Made by a program: the position numbers and the translations under genes
Shown: one piece after another, positions 9,709-18,951 of the stretch
How the letters are laid out: the number at the start of each line of letters is the position of its first letter
Numbering within the stretch: the first letter of the stretch is position 1
Virus record (IMG/VR): IMGVR_UViG_3300045988_156100
Origin: a virus
Strand: one strand, 5' to 3'
DNA: 37,764 nt
The notes under the pieces: model-generated
Databases searched by the model: none
Told to the model about the DNA's origin: nothing
Seen by the model: the letters and a program-made list of their open reading frames with translations, nothing else

Positions 9709-10112
9709 GCCCAGCCCCCCGTCGGCGTCGTGTCGGCGTCGCGGCCCCCAAGCCAGGGCGCGGGGGCCAGGACCGGCATGTATGCGCCCGACGTGGAGCC
9801 ATCCTGGCTGAGGCGCGCCCATTCGGCATCGGTGAGTGTGAGCTCCACTGCGCTCGCGGCGGCGTCCAGCGTGTAGCTGTAGTCGTCAATGCGCTCGTTC
9901 CGCTTTCCGTCGGGGTTGCGGGAGCGACGGGCGACGACCTCAGAGATGACGTCGGCGAGGATCTGACGATCAAGCGCGTCCAGGTCTCCGAGGCGGGCGC
10001 TAATGATTCTCTCAGTCTTGGCAATCCAGTTGAGGATCTGGTTCTGCTCGTCGGGGTCTGTGATGGGGCGGCCCAGGGTGGTCGCCACATCAAATACTGT
10101 CGCGTAGGTCAC
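9705..10112 (-). CDS. Head-tail connector (gp6-like)
   Basis: 135-aa ORF, the first gene after the major capsid protein. Confidence 0.6.
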   Translation of the reverse strand: MTYATVFDVATTLGRPITDPDEQNQILNWIAKTERIISARLGDLDALDRQILADVISEVVARRSRNPDGKRNERIDDYSYTLDAAASAVELTLTDAEWARLSQDGSTSGAYMPVLAPAPWLGGRDADTTPTGGWA

Positions 10113-10258
10113 GCAGGCCCCCTATCAGTTGTCAGCGGTGGCGGGTTGCCCGGCGGGCGGGCGCCGCTCGTACCCGAGGCGCTCCCACAGGGGGAGTTGA
10201 CTCGCGGGCACAGCGACGTGGTCGCCCGTCGGGCTTGTCAAGTGAACGACCAGGGCGG

Positions 10259-11170
10259 TCACTTGCGTGTGATCTTGACGAACGCATCCTTGTCGGCCAC
10301 CGCGAAGCCGTACTCGGCCTCGGCGCGGATCGCGACAAGGTTGTTTTCAAACAGCGAGACAAGCTCGCCGTTGATTGTGACGGCGGCTTCCGTGGAGATG
10401 TCCATGGTGATGCCGCCGACCGTGCCCCAGGCAGCCTTGGACCAGTCGCCGGTGAAGCCAACGATCTTGTCCAGACCCACGTTCTCGTGCAGGTAAGCGG
10501 TGCGACCGAGGAGAGAACCCGAGCGCAGGGCAGGCACGGCGCCGGTGTAGGCGGCCTCCGCGAACAGCGGGCGGCCCGCCGTGTCCTTCGCGTTCAGAAG
10601 GTCAATCTCGAACCCCGTGTCAAGGGCAAACCCGTTGACCGGCTTCTTGGGAGTTCCCTGTAGGTTCAGGGACATCGCCTTCACGATGTCATCGTAGGTA
10701 TTGGCCCCGGCGGTGGCGCCCAGGGTCAGGGTCTTGGTCGTGGCCGCAAGGGTGGTATCGAACGGCGACGTGCCGCTACCGTCACCACCCTTATTGTGAA
10801 AGACTGCCAGGTCGAAAGCGCGGGCGAACGCGTCGGCGAGGAGCCCCTGCAGGGTCTCCGAGTATCCGCCGGGATTGGCGCGAATGACCTCCTGGGAAGC
10901 CACCGCAATAGCGGTGAGCTTCTTGGGTTCCATCTTCACCAGGCCGATGCCGGCCTCAGTGGTGTGCTTCTTGGCGCCCTCAGCGGTCCAGTTCGCGGTG
11001 GGCTTGCTGGTCACGATGGGGAAGGCCTGGCCGGACGCGCCCAGCGGAACATTGCGGATCAGGGACATTGCGGCGCTGCCCTTGGCGGCCTCGTCGAAAA
11101 TGGGGCCGGCCAACTCAGGCTTAATAAAGCCATTAAAATCGGCCAGCTTCTTTGCGGCAGTGATTGCCAT
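10259..11170 (-). CDS. Major capsid protein (HK97-fold type)
   Basis: 303 aa, directly after the scaffold gene. Composition and size are typical. Confidence 0.8.
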   Translation of the reverse strand: MAITAAKKLADFNGFIKPELAGPIFDEAAKGSAAMSLIRNVPLGASGQAFPIVTSKPTANWTAEGAKKHTTEAGIGLVKMEPKKLTAIAVASQEVIRANPGGYSETLQGLLADAFARAFDLAVFHNKGGDGSGTSPFDTTLAATTKTLTLGATAGANTYDDIVKAMSLNLQGTPKKPVNGFALDTGFEIDLLNAKDTAGRPLFAEAAYTGAVPALRSGSLLGRTAYLHENVGLDKIVGFTGDWSKAAWGTVGGITMDISTEAAVTINGELVSLFENNLVAIRAEAEYGFAVADKDAFVKITRK

Positions 11171-11222
11171 GGGGTGCTCCCTTCGAGCGTGAAATGTTTG
11201 GTGAGTATGGGCTGCTCAGATG

Positions 11223-11732
11223 TCAGCGCCCACCGACGGCCTCGACCAACATGGCCGTCAACGCATCAACTGTGGTCGCCGGTTCGGGCGTGCCACCCTG
11301 AGACGGGTCGGGACGCATAGCAAGCGGCGCGGGCGCCGCGTCAGCCGCCGTGACCGGCGCGGGAATCGCGGCCAGGAGCTTTTCAGCGGACGCCGTAAGC
11401 TCCTCCGCAGTGCTGCCCTGCAGGAAGTCGGCCAGCGCGTCAGGCACGCGCATCGAGTGGATAACCTCAGCGCGGGCGAGCTGGGTCTGCAGTTCCGCGA
11501 CCGTGGCCGCTGCCTGCTCAGCGGCGACGCTACCGGCGGTCTTGGTCTCATCGAGGCTCACTGACAGGGCAGCAACCTGTGCTTCGAGATCCTTAACGCG
11601 CGCGTCGGCGGCCTTGCGGGCGTCGCGTTCGGCGCGCAGGGCCTTGACACCGCCCTCGTTGAGGGTCTCCTCAGCGGCGGGCGCGGTGGCGTTGGTGTCC
11701 GGCGTCTGGTCGGGCGTGGTGTCGGTGGACAT
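11223..11732 (-). CDS. Scaffolding protein
   Basis: 169 aa, Ala/Glu-rich with predicted coiled coil, lying between the MuF-like and capsid genes. Confidence 0.7.
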   Translation of the reverse strand: MSTDTTPDQTPDTNATAPAAEETLNEGGVKALRAERDARKAADARVKDLEAQVAALSVSLDETKTAGSVAAEQAAATVAELQTQLARAEVIHSMRVPDALADFLQGSTAEELTASAEKLLAAIPAPVTAADAAPAPLAMRPDPSQGGTPEPATTVDALTAMLVEAVGGR

Positions 11733-11801
11733 GGGGTGTTGTGTTCCTTTCTCGAATCGCTCGAGGGGACCGCCCGCGCCGTCGCGGCGCGAGTCGGTGG
11801 C

Positions 11802-13034
11802 TTAGTGGGCGGCGCGCAGGAGCGCGCGCATCCGGGTCAGGTCGCCGCCTGTCGCAATGGCCGCGTAGTAGCGGGCCTCGACTTCGGCGGCGATCTCAGG
11901 GGTGAGGGGGTAGTCAGCGCCGCCGATGCGGGCGCCGCCGTGGCGTTCCTGCGCTGCTGGGGTCCACGGGTTGAGACCGCCACGCACGTCCTGCCAGTCG
12001 CGGGTGGCTATAGCGACGCGCTTTTCGGCGGCGGTCATACGGCGGCCCTCATAGGTGGCCTCGTACTGGCCGCGCAGCGCGCCCCCGCTGACCTGTCCGC
12101 GCCCGGTGATGTATCCCTGGGCGCGCAGGGCCTCAACGGCCTGCTCACGGTTGGGATTCAGGCGGTAGATCGTTTCCGGCGTCATGCGGCGCTGACCTTT
12201 GCGTAGGATCTGGCCCGCCCACCCGTGACGACTGGTGCCCTCCGAGGTGAACGCGCCGCGATACCTCATACCGCGGCGGGCGTTCACTACCTGGTACATG
12301 TCGGCACCGTCTCTGATTGCCTGCGCGCCCGCGTTCGTGAACACCCGGTTCTGCTCGGCCTCACTCATACGAGTGAATGCCTCGTACGGGTCGTCAATGA
12401 GACCGCGCGCGAACGCCTCGGCCTGATCCGTGACCATCGTCGGAACATGCGTACAGTCGCACCGGGGATGCCGCAGAAACCCCTGATTCCACCTGTAGAA
12501 ACGTCCGGCGAGGATCACGCACCGCGAGCACGACGGCGGGTTCAGCATCCGCACGTAACCGACGCGGGGCCGGGCTGCGATCTGCACGCCCGCCGCGCCC
12601 CTGCCCGCGTCCGCGACCTCGGTGAGGACCATCATCGAAAGCTGACGGCCCCCAGCCGCGAGCGCCTGTGCGGGTTCAACGCCTTGACTGATGAGAGTGC
12701 GGGCAGTGATCGCTGGGCCGCGCAGGAGGGTGTCGAGGCTGCGTCCGTCGGCGGCGAGGCCTGCGAAGGCGTCGGGGTCGACGAGGCCGTCAGGCTCGGC
12801 CCAGGTGCCTTGTTCTCCGAGCGCTAGGGCGCCGCTGACTAGGGCGCTCGTCGCCGCCGTTCGTTGCGCAGCGGTGACCGCCGCTGTGACGGTGGGGATG
12901 CGCTCGGCCCACGCGTCGGCGATCCAGTTGGGGCCGAGGCGGCGCCACTGACGCGTCGCCGAGGCCAGCGCCCGTGCCTCCTGCTGGCGGACCAGCCCGT
13001 AGTGATGTTCAATCGCGGGCGGAATCGATGCCAT
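11802..13034 (-). CDS. Head morphogenesis / MuF-like minor capsid protein
   Basis: 410 aa, directly after the portal gene. It contains CSRC...RHPRCDC, as seen in actinophage MuF-like proteins. Confidence 0.6.
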   Translation of the reverse strand: MASIPPAIEHHYGLVRQQEARALASATRQWRRLGPNWIADAWAERIPTVTAAVTAAQRTAATSALVSGALALGEQGTWAEPDGLVDPDAFAGLAADGRSLDTLLRGPAITARTLISQGVEPAQALAAGGRQLSMMVLTEVADAGRGAAGVQIAARPRVGYVRMLNPPSCSRCVILAGRFYRWNQGFLRHPRCDCTHVPTMVTDQAEAFARGLIDDPYEAFTRMSEAEQNRVFTNAGAQAIRDGADMYQVVNARRGMRYRGAFTSEGTSRHGWAGQILRKGQRRMTPETIYRLNPNREQAVEALRAQGYITGRGQVSGGALRGQYEATYEGRRMTAAEKRVAIATRDWQDVRGGLNPWTPAAQERHGGARIGGADYPLTPEIAAEVEARYYAAIATGGDLTRMRALLRAAH

Positions 13035-14388
13035 GGCCGGTGCCCAGGTCGTCGTCGCTCAGCGCGGGGGTGGTCTTTTCCAGGAGACGCAGCAGGTCCG
13101 GGTCTGTCTCCTCCTCGCGCAGGTACGCGCGCTCCGTTGCCTTCCTTGCATCGTCCCAGCCGAGCTCGTCCCATGCGCCTTCGCGGCTAATGAGGGGCTT
13201 GCCCCCGGCCAACTTCTGTAGTGCATCAGCCTTCTGACTGAATGTCGGGGTGGCTGGGTCGTGCCAGGCGACGTTCACCGCGCCCATGGGGATTGCGTGC
13301 CCCATGATCCTTGCGGCGATTGTGAGCGCCCTAGAGAGGGCGGCCCCGCACTCGGCGTTGACACGCTCGACACGCTTGACGAGCTTGGATTCCTCAGCGC
13401 GAATCGCGCCCTCAGCGGGCGGATTCGTGGTGATGAGACCGAAATAGCGTGCCGGGAAGCCCGTCAGGGATGCAGCGAGCTTCCCGTATAATTCGATGGT
13501 GTTGTGGAAGTTGCTCAGCTCGCCGGGGGCAAGCTGGGTGACCTTCGCGCCCGCGTTCTGAAGGGCAACGAAGGGGTTGAGATAGTTAGTCCACGCGGAC
13601 GGGTCCGCGAAATCGGATCGCTTAGCGCCCATGATGATTCGCTTGGGCACTGCGTTGGTTTCCAACGCGGCTTGCATCTGCGTGATCGCGCGGGCGGCGG
13701 CGTCCGTCACGCCCATGATGTCGTCCATCTCCGAGTGGCCCGTTGTCTCACCCGTCATCTGACGGTTGAATGACGGGACAACGGGTACGACGCCGAGGTG
13801 GTGTTCGTCGCGGTCGACAACGCGCCACGCGCCGCCCACCGTCGCATAGGTTGTGGTCATGTCGGGCGTGTAGATCGTCGCGTAGCGGGTCTGCGTGCCG
13901 TCGGCGCCCTGGTCGGCCACGATGCGCACAGCGTGGGTAATGGTCTTGCGGCGGTAGTCGTACTTGACGGTCATTTGACGGGGTGATTCCACGCAAATGA
14001 TGGGGTAGTCGCCCTCGGCGTCGCCCGCGCCTACGGACAGGTATGCCCGCCCGTAGATCAACCTGTCGCGCTTCCACTTGCATATCTCGGCGGCGAGGTC
14101 GTTCGCGTCGATCATGGCGCGCAGATCCTCAGCGGCCTCTGGGCGCGCGGGAACCATGATCCCGCGCACGTCCTGGCGCTCCTCGATGGTGTCAACGACC
14201 ACGCGGGGCCAGTTGACGACGGTCTCGAGGGTGCGCAGCGACGGGGGCAGGGCCAGACCGAGGTGCTGCAACGTCTGACGGCCCTCGTAGTACGCGCGGT
14301 GCTTGCGGTCTACAGGGGCCAGAGCGTTGAGGGCGTTCTCAGCTTCGGAGAGCAGGCGCTCTTCGGCGCGGGTGATCTGGTCAGTCAT
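13009..14388 (-). CDS. Portal protein
   Basis: 459 aa, immediately downstream of the large terminase. Confidence 0.8.
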   Translation of the reverse strand: MTDQITRAEERLLSEAENALNALAPVDRKHRAYYEGRQTLQHLGLALPPSLRTLETVVNWPRVVVDTIEERQDVRGIMVPARPEAAEDLRAMIDANDLAAEICKWKRDRLIYGRAYLSVGAGDAEGDYPIICVESPRQMTVKYDYRRKTITHAVRIVADQGADGTQTRYATIYTPDMTTTYATVGGAWRVVDRDEHHLGVVPVVPSFNRQMTGETTGHSEMDDIMGVTDAAARAITQMQAALETNAVPKRIIMGAKRSDFADPSAWTNYLNPFVALQNAGAKVTQLAPGELSNFHNTIELYGKLAASLTGFPARYFGLITTNPPAEGAIRAEESKLVKRVERVNAECGAALSRALTIAARIMGHAIPMGAVNVAWHDPATPTFSQKADALQKLAGGKPLISREGAWDELGWDDARKATERAYLREEETDPDLLRLLEKTTPALSDDDLGTGHGIDSARD

Positions 14389-14403
14389 AAGGGTGTGTGT
14401 CCT

Positions 14404-16050
14404 TTACCATGCGAAGGAGATCGCGCCGCCTGGCTCCCAGCCTTCGGCGTGCTCATCCGCCGCGGCCTCGTGGGCTAGAATGTCGGCCATGAGCACGTCG
14501 ATCTTCATGTGCTCAGCGGGTTTGCCGAGGATGAATTTGTCGCCGGGCTTGGCGACCTTCCGGGCGTGCAGTGCGCACAGCTTCGCGGTCTCATCCGGGG
14601 TGTGCGTGGTCAGGCCTTCGGCGAGATCCTCACGGAAACGCACCAGCGCCGCGAACATGCGTGTGATCGAGTTCGTCGGCCACTGCACCACCACGTAATC
14701 GCCGTAGAGGTTTTCCCAGTGGTCGATCTGCGTTTCCCAGTGCCTCGGGTCGCAGTAGAACCTCTGCACCGTGTAGCGGTCCATGAGCTCTGCGACAGCC
14801 GCGTCCACCTCGCCGCGAGGGATGCGTCCTTCCGGCCATTCCTCGGGGTTCCACACGGTAGGCCGCTGATCGGGGCCGTACGTGGGTGTGAAGCGCAGGC
14901 CGTCGACTGTTTCGGCGCGGATTGCCGTCCAGTCGCCCGACCGCGAACCGTCGAAGCCCAGCGCGATCTCACACCCCGGCTCGGGCTGGGTGTCGCGGGT
15001 CTGCCTGTCCCAGACCTTCTCAGTCAGATACGACCCCCTGCCCTGAACGAGGCGATTGCCAAAAAAGCGCTCGGCCTGCGTGGGGTCGGTTTCCATGAGC
15101 TCGTCGACCTCGGCGTCAATTGCCTTGGGGTCCACCCACGGCGACGACGCGTACACGAAGCGGTGAATCTTGGAGCGATCCGCCTTCTTCGTGTAATCCC
15201 AGTCGAGAGGCGGTTTTTCGTAGAACTTGAAGATGTCCCGCGCCCGGCTTTGGTAGGCCTGCTGCGCCGCCGAGTCCTCCATGGGGTCCCACGGGTTCGT
15301 GAGCTCGATGGTGCGGCCCTGCATACCCGCAACGGCGCGGCGGATCGTCTGCCATGTGTTCAGCACGCCCGACTGGGGCGTATACAGGCCAGACTCATCC
15401 GCAATCGCGCAGGTGAAGGGCTGGCCGAGCTTGGAACGTGCGGCGCTCGTGACGGGCACGATCTTGCCCTCGTTCGGCAAGCGCACGAAGCCCTCACGCA
15501 CGCGCACGAAGTCGCCGAGCGGACCGCTCTTAATCATGGCCTGCAACGGCTCGTAGACGTTCCTGGTCTGGTCCTCAGCGAAAGCCAGGAGGGCGATCAG
15601 GCTTTTGTCGCGCGGGCGGCCCATGGCTTCCCCAGGCTCGTACCAGTACTCCCAGCCGCATCCGCACCCGTGGTCCGAGCAGCGGTATACGTCGCCGTCG
15701 CGCGCCCAGCCCGCGAACATCGCCGGACCCACGCCTTCCGCGAGCGCGACCGCCGCCGCGAGCGGCGACTTACCCGACTTCTGTGGCCCTACCCATAGGC
15801 TGCGCCTGTAGGTGAAGGGTTCTACCAGACGGTGCGGGTCGGGCTTTGCGTTGGCCTTGATGCGGTAGTGGTTGGCGTTGCAGTACAACTGCCACCCGTT
15901 GAGCACGAGGGGTTGGTTGAAGTACACGCCGGAGGGGACGAGGCAGTGGGCCTCGATCCAGTCCGAGATCAGGAAGCCCAATGTGTGGTTGGGGTTGAAG
16001 TCCAAGCTGAGTGGGGGCGGCGCGTACTCGTCATGCGCCATCACTGCCAC
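14404..16050 (-). CDS. terL: Terminase large subunit
   Basis: 548 aa with Walker A-like GPQKSGKS and Walker B-like CAIADESG. It follows the small terminase. Confidence 0.9.
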   Translation of the reverse strand: MAVMAHDEYAPPPLSLDFNPNHTLGFLISDWIEAHCLVPSGVYFNQPLVLNGWQLYCNANHYRIKANAKPDPHRLVEPFTYRRSLWVGPQKSGKSPLAAAVALAEGVGPAMFAGWARDGDVYRCSDHGCGCGWEYWYEPGEAMGRPRDKSLIALLAFAEDQTRNVYEPLQAMIKSGPLGDFVRVREGFVRLPNEGKIVPVTSAARSKLGQPFTCAIADESGLYTPQSGVLNTWQTIRRAVAGMQGRTIELTNPWDPMEDSAAQQAYQSRARDIFKFYEKPPLDWDYTKKADRSKIHRFVYASSPWVDPKAIDAEVDELMETDPTQAERFFGNRLVQGRGSYLTEKVWDRQTRDTQPEPGCEIALGFDGSRSGDWTAIRAETVDGLRFTPTYGPDQRPTVWNPEEWPEGRIPRGEVDAAVAELMDRYTVQRFYCDPRHWETQIDHWENLYGDYVVVQWPTNSITRMFAALVRFREDLAEGLTTHTPDETAKLCALHARKVAKPGDKFILGKPAEHMKIDVLMADILAHEAAADEHAEGWEPGGAISFAW

Positions 16051-16576
16051 CGTCGACGACGGTCATGCCAGCGAGCCGGGCCCGGGAGGAGCGGCGGCGG
16101 GCCGGGCGTCCGGTGGTCTCGGCCTCGGCGGTGGGCTGGCCGGTCGTGATCTGCCAATGATTCAGCGCCAGGCCCGAGGGCGTGAGGCCGATCTGGTCGG
16201 CGAGCCGCAGGAGCGCGGTCTTGTCGCCCGCCTTCGCGCCTTCCTCCTCGCACGTGACGGCGAGGCGCACCCACTGGGCGACGTTGTATGTCATCCAGGG
16301 CTGTTCACGCCACACCTCGGACTGCGGCTGCTTCCAGACCCAGTCCCATAGCTCAAGTTCGCGCTTCCAGCGCAGCTCGGTGGCGAGCTTGCGGAAGCGG
16401 CGGCCCCCGTTGGGCAGGGTCTCCCACAGTTGCATGGGGGGCATGGCGAACTCGGGAACGGGCGCGGTGTCGGGAACGCCGCCGAGCTGTCGGAAGGCGA
16501 TCCCGCGTGCGTCGCTTCGGGCACTGTTGGGGTTGACGGGTGGCCCACTTCGGGCGCGCGCTCCACCGGACGGCAT
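16031..16576 (-). CDS. terS: Terminase small subunit (P27-like)
   Basis: 181 aa, lying between the HNH and TerL genes. The C-terminal LADQIGLTPSG motif is typical of P27-family small terminases. Confidence 0.7.
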   Translation of the reverse strand: MPSGGARARSGPPVNPNSARSDARGIAFRQLGGVPDTAPVPEFAMPPMQLWETLPNGGRRFRKLATELRWKRELELWDWVWKQPQSEVWREQPWMTYNVAQWVRLAVTCEEEGAKAGDKTALLRLADQIGLTPSGLALNHWQITTGQPTAEAETTGRPARRRSSRARLAGMTVVDGGSDGA

Positions 16577-16748
16577 AACTGTCTCCTCGCTGGCCGGCGT
16601 CGCGCCTGCCTGCTGGGCTACCCGGCGTCGCGCCGGGCGGCTTTTTCAGTTTCGGGCGTAAGGTTTTGAACCCTCCGCACTTTTTTCACCCCTCACCGGC
16701 GGTCTGACGCGGCCCCCGTCGGGGCCACCCCCCTGGGGGGTGTATGCG

Positions 16749-17096
16749 TCAGTCCGTTTCGGTTCGGTCGTATTTGTGCGCCGCTTTTCCGCCAGCGCTT
16801 CGGTTGCAAAATCTGTGTTCTGGTCCGCGAATGATCAAACGATCTTCGTCATCATGACCAAGATCAAACGGTTCGCCTGCCTTGATGGGCTTACCACACC
16901 GCCAGCACACGGCCTGGCCGGCCTCCACTAGGCGGGCTGCCTGCGCCCGGGCGGCCCGGTAGTGGCGGTCATACCCGCGCGCGGTTGGGTAGCCGCGTTG
17001 CTGTTCGCGCTCGCGGCTGTGTGTGGGGCAGTGGCGGGGGCCGGGGTGTGGGATGAGGGCGGGGCATCCCGGGTGTGGGCAGCGGCGGCGGGTCAT
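16749..17096 (-). CDS. HNH endonuclease
   Basis: Cys/His-rich sequence CPHPGCP...HCPTH...CWRCGKPI...DLGHDDEDR...H, in the position just before the terminase genes. Confidence 0.85.
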   Translation of the reverse strand: MTRRRCPHPGCPALIPHPGPRHCPTHSREREQQRGYPTARGYDRHYRAARAQAARLVEAGQAVCWRCGKPIKAGEPFDLGHDDEDRLIIRGPEHRFCNRSAGGKAAHKYDRTETD

Positions 17097-17134
17097 GGGT
17101 TATATCCGTGTGGTGTGTGTCATGTCCCCACGTA

Positions 17135-17215
17135 TTGACTTAGCATCGCGCGCGGGCTATAGTTAGTGGTGTCAGGAGGGAACAAGCCCCCTGCATCTCA
17201 ACGAAGGAGACCCCC
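17135..17215 (+). promoter_or_regulatory. Promoter/leader cassette copy 1
   Basis: -35 TTGACT at 17135-17140, a 17-nt spacer, and -10 TATAGT at 17158-17163. The leader has a bulged hairpin at 17173-17193 and the SD AAGGAGA. It is about 85% identical to the cassettes at 32645.. and 33790.. Confidence 0.75.
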
Positions 17216-17491
17216 ATGGAAACCATCTACACCCCCGAGGACCTGGCCGAGGTTATCGAGCTGACCGAGGAGCCCACCCGCTTCACCACCCTTGACGAGG
17301 TGCGGGGTATGGTCCGTGACGCTATCGGCCTGGGCGACGACGCTGATGTCGAGGATCTGATCGAGGAGTGCTTCGGCTGGTACCAGGCGCTTGACATGAA
17401 CACCGGCACGATCAGCCTGAACCGTCAGGGCTTCTACCAGACCGTGACCGCCGCTGACTTCTGGAAGGCGGTCGAGCGGCTCGGCCTGTGA
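17216..17491 (+). CDS. Small acidic protein P1 (91 aa, unknown function)
   Basis: The only plus-strand gene inside the late region. It has its own promoter/leader and terminator. My hand count gives about 20 D/E versus 6 K/R. Confidence 0.75.
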   Translation: METIYTPEDLAEVIELTEEPTRFTTLDEVRGMVRDAIGLGDDADVEDLIEECFGWYQALDMNTGTISLNRQGFYQTVTAADFWKAVERLGL

Positions 17492-17507
17492 CCCACGGGT
17501 GATACAC

Positions 17508-17541
17508 AAGACCCCCGACCTGTTACCGGGTCGGGGGTCTT
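17508..17541 (+). terminator. Stem-loop terminator after P1
   Basis: The arms aagacccccgacc and ggtcgggggtctt form a 13-bp perfect stem with an 8-nt loop. Confidence 0.7.
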
Positions 17542-17618
17542 GGTATCGATCAGGAGGCGGGGCCGTGGCACACTACACCCGCTTTAAGTGTGACAGTATC
17601 ACACTTAGGGGGTATCTG

Positions 17619-17987
17619 CTACTCGGTATCCGCGCGTGTTGCCACCTGTGCGCGGTGCGCCTTCTGCAGTTTGGTGGTGGCCTTGACGGCGGCGGCCAGG
17701 TCACCGTCGATGGTCGCGTCCATGGTGTCGCGGCGTTCCATGAGCTTGACGACGACGCTCACGGTCTCAGGGTCACCTTGTGAGGCGAGGGGCCAGAGGG
17801 CCGCGCTCACCTTGTCCAGCCGCCGCGCTTCGACGTCGGGGTCATAGTCGCGCGGGTCCAGCTTCTTCCCAGCTTTGATGAGGGCCTTCACGTCCTTGAT
17901 GGTGGTGTCGAGCAGTTCGGCGATCTTGGCAACGCTTAGGCCTGCGGTGGCAAGGTCGAGAGCGCGCAGGGCACGTTCGTCGGTCAT
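17619..17987 (-). CDS. HTH DNA-binding protein (sigma-r4/terminase-small-like HTH)
   Basis: ATG 17987 overlaps the upstream TGA (ATGA). The HTH segment ATAGLSVAKIAELLDTTIKDV is followed by a coiled coil. Confidence 0.6.
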   Translation of the reverse strand: MTDERALRALDLATAGLSVAKIAELLDTTIKDVKALIKAGKKLDPRDYDPDVEARRLDKVSAALWPLASQGDPETVSVVVKLMERRDTMDATIDGDLAAAVKATTKLQKAHRAQVATRADTE

Positions 17988-18166
17988 TGCACCCACCTCA
18001 TTTGGACGACAGTTAGCGCTACAACCAGTGCCGCTGTGGATATCTGAGCCGCTCCGAAAACCTGGTCATTGCCAGCGATATTGGCGTACCCTTTCGCGGC
18101 TGTCATGGCGGCCACCGTGATAGGTGGGCCGGCCTGACATATACGAGTGAAGCGTCCGCGCTTCAT
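17984..18166 (-). CDS. Hypothetical small membrane protein
   Basis: 60-aa ORF with ATGA overlaps at both ends and a hydrophobic C-terminal half. Codon third-position G+C is only moderate. Confidence 0.4.
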   Translation of the reverse strand: MKRGRFTRICQAGPPITVAAMTAAKGYANIAGNDQVFGAAQISTAALVVALTVVQMRWVQ

Positions 18167-18906
18167 GCTGCACCTTGCTCACGGTCGAGCCGGTCGTGGA
18201 CGGCGGCGACCTGGTAGAGCGGGCCGGGCTCGGTGGGCACGTGCCCACGGTGCGCCCACTGCCTGAGCCTGTCATGGGAGAGGCTTGGGAAAGCCTGTGA
18301 GAGGGTCGCCCAGTCCACGTAGATGGCGGGGTTCCTGGTGTTTCGGAGCACGTCGTTCAGGGCTACTTTACGTGTCATTTCTTGGTCGTCCTTATCTTGG
18401 TACCAGCGGTCGCACCGCTCGCATGAGCCGTGTTCGGGGATGCCGGTCGGGGTGGGGTCTGTGGTGATGTCGCCGCCGCAATTCGGGCATGTGCCGATCA
18501 CGGCGGGGGTGTGGCCGGTCGCTCGCGCGAGAACGCGCCACGTGTCGGTGATGGTGTCTGCGAGGGCTTCCCAGTCGGCGGCGTGGTCCTGCGCCCACGT
18601 GATGGTGCCGAGCAGGTAGGGGAGCGTGGAGCGCCGCGCAGGGGCGGGCTCTTGGCGTTCGTCGGCGAGCTGCACCGCCCACGGGTGGAGGACGTCGAGC
18701 ACGCCGCGGCTGGTTCGGATGCCGACGGGGCCGTCGTCGGTGGTGTCGAGGACGGCGGCGAGGTGGTAGGGGAGGCCCCCGCCGGTCCCGCTGTGGCCGA
18801 CCGAGGTGGGGCGGGGTGAGTGTAAACCGGTCGCGGTATGTGCAGCGTCGTCGAGCGATGGAAGCCAGGCGGCGATCTGTGCGAGCATCTGCATGGGCGT
18901 GGGCAT
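18163..18906 (-). CDS. Zinc-ribbon plus C-terminal HTH-like protein (possible late-gene regulator)
   Basis: 247 aa containing CPNCGG...CERCDRW. It is the first gene after SSB and lies upstream of the packaging module. Confidence 0.5.
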   Translation of the reverse strand: MPTPMQMLAQIAAWLPSLDDAAHTATGLHSPRPTSVGHSGTGGGLPYHLAAVLDTTDDGPVGIRTSRGVLDVLHPWAVQLADERQEPAPARRSTLPYLLGTITWAQDHAADWEALADTITDTWRVLARATGHTPAVIGTCPNCGGDITTDPTPTGIPEHGSCERCDRWYQDKDDQEMTRKVALNDVLRNTRNPAIYVDWATLSQAFPSLSHDRLRQWAHRGHVPTEPGPLYQVAAVHDRLDREQGAA

Positions 18907-18951
18907 TGGTGGGGGTCTCCCTTCCGATTTTAGAGGGGTGGGGTGTACATA

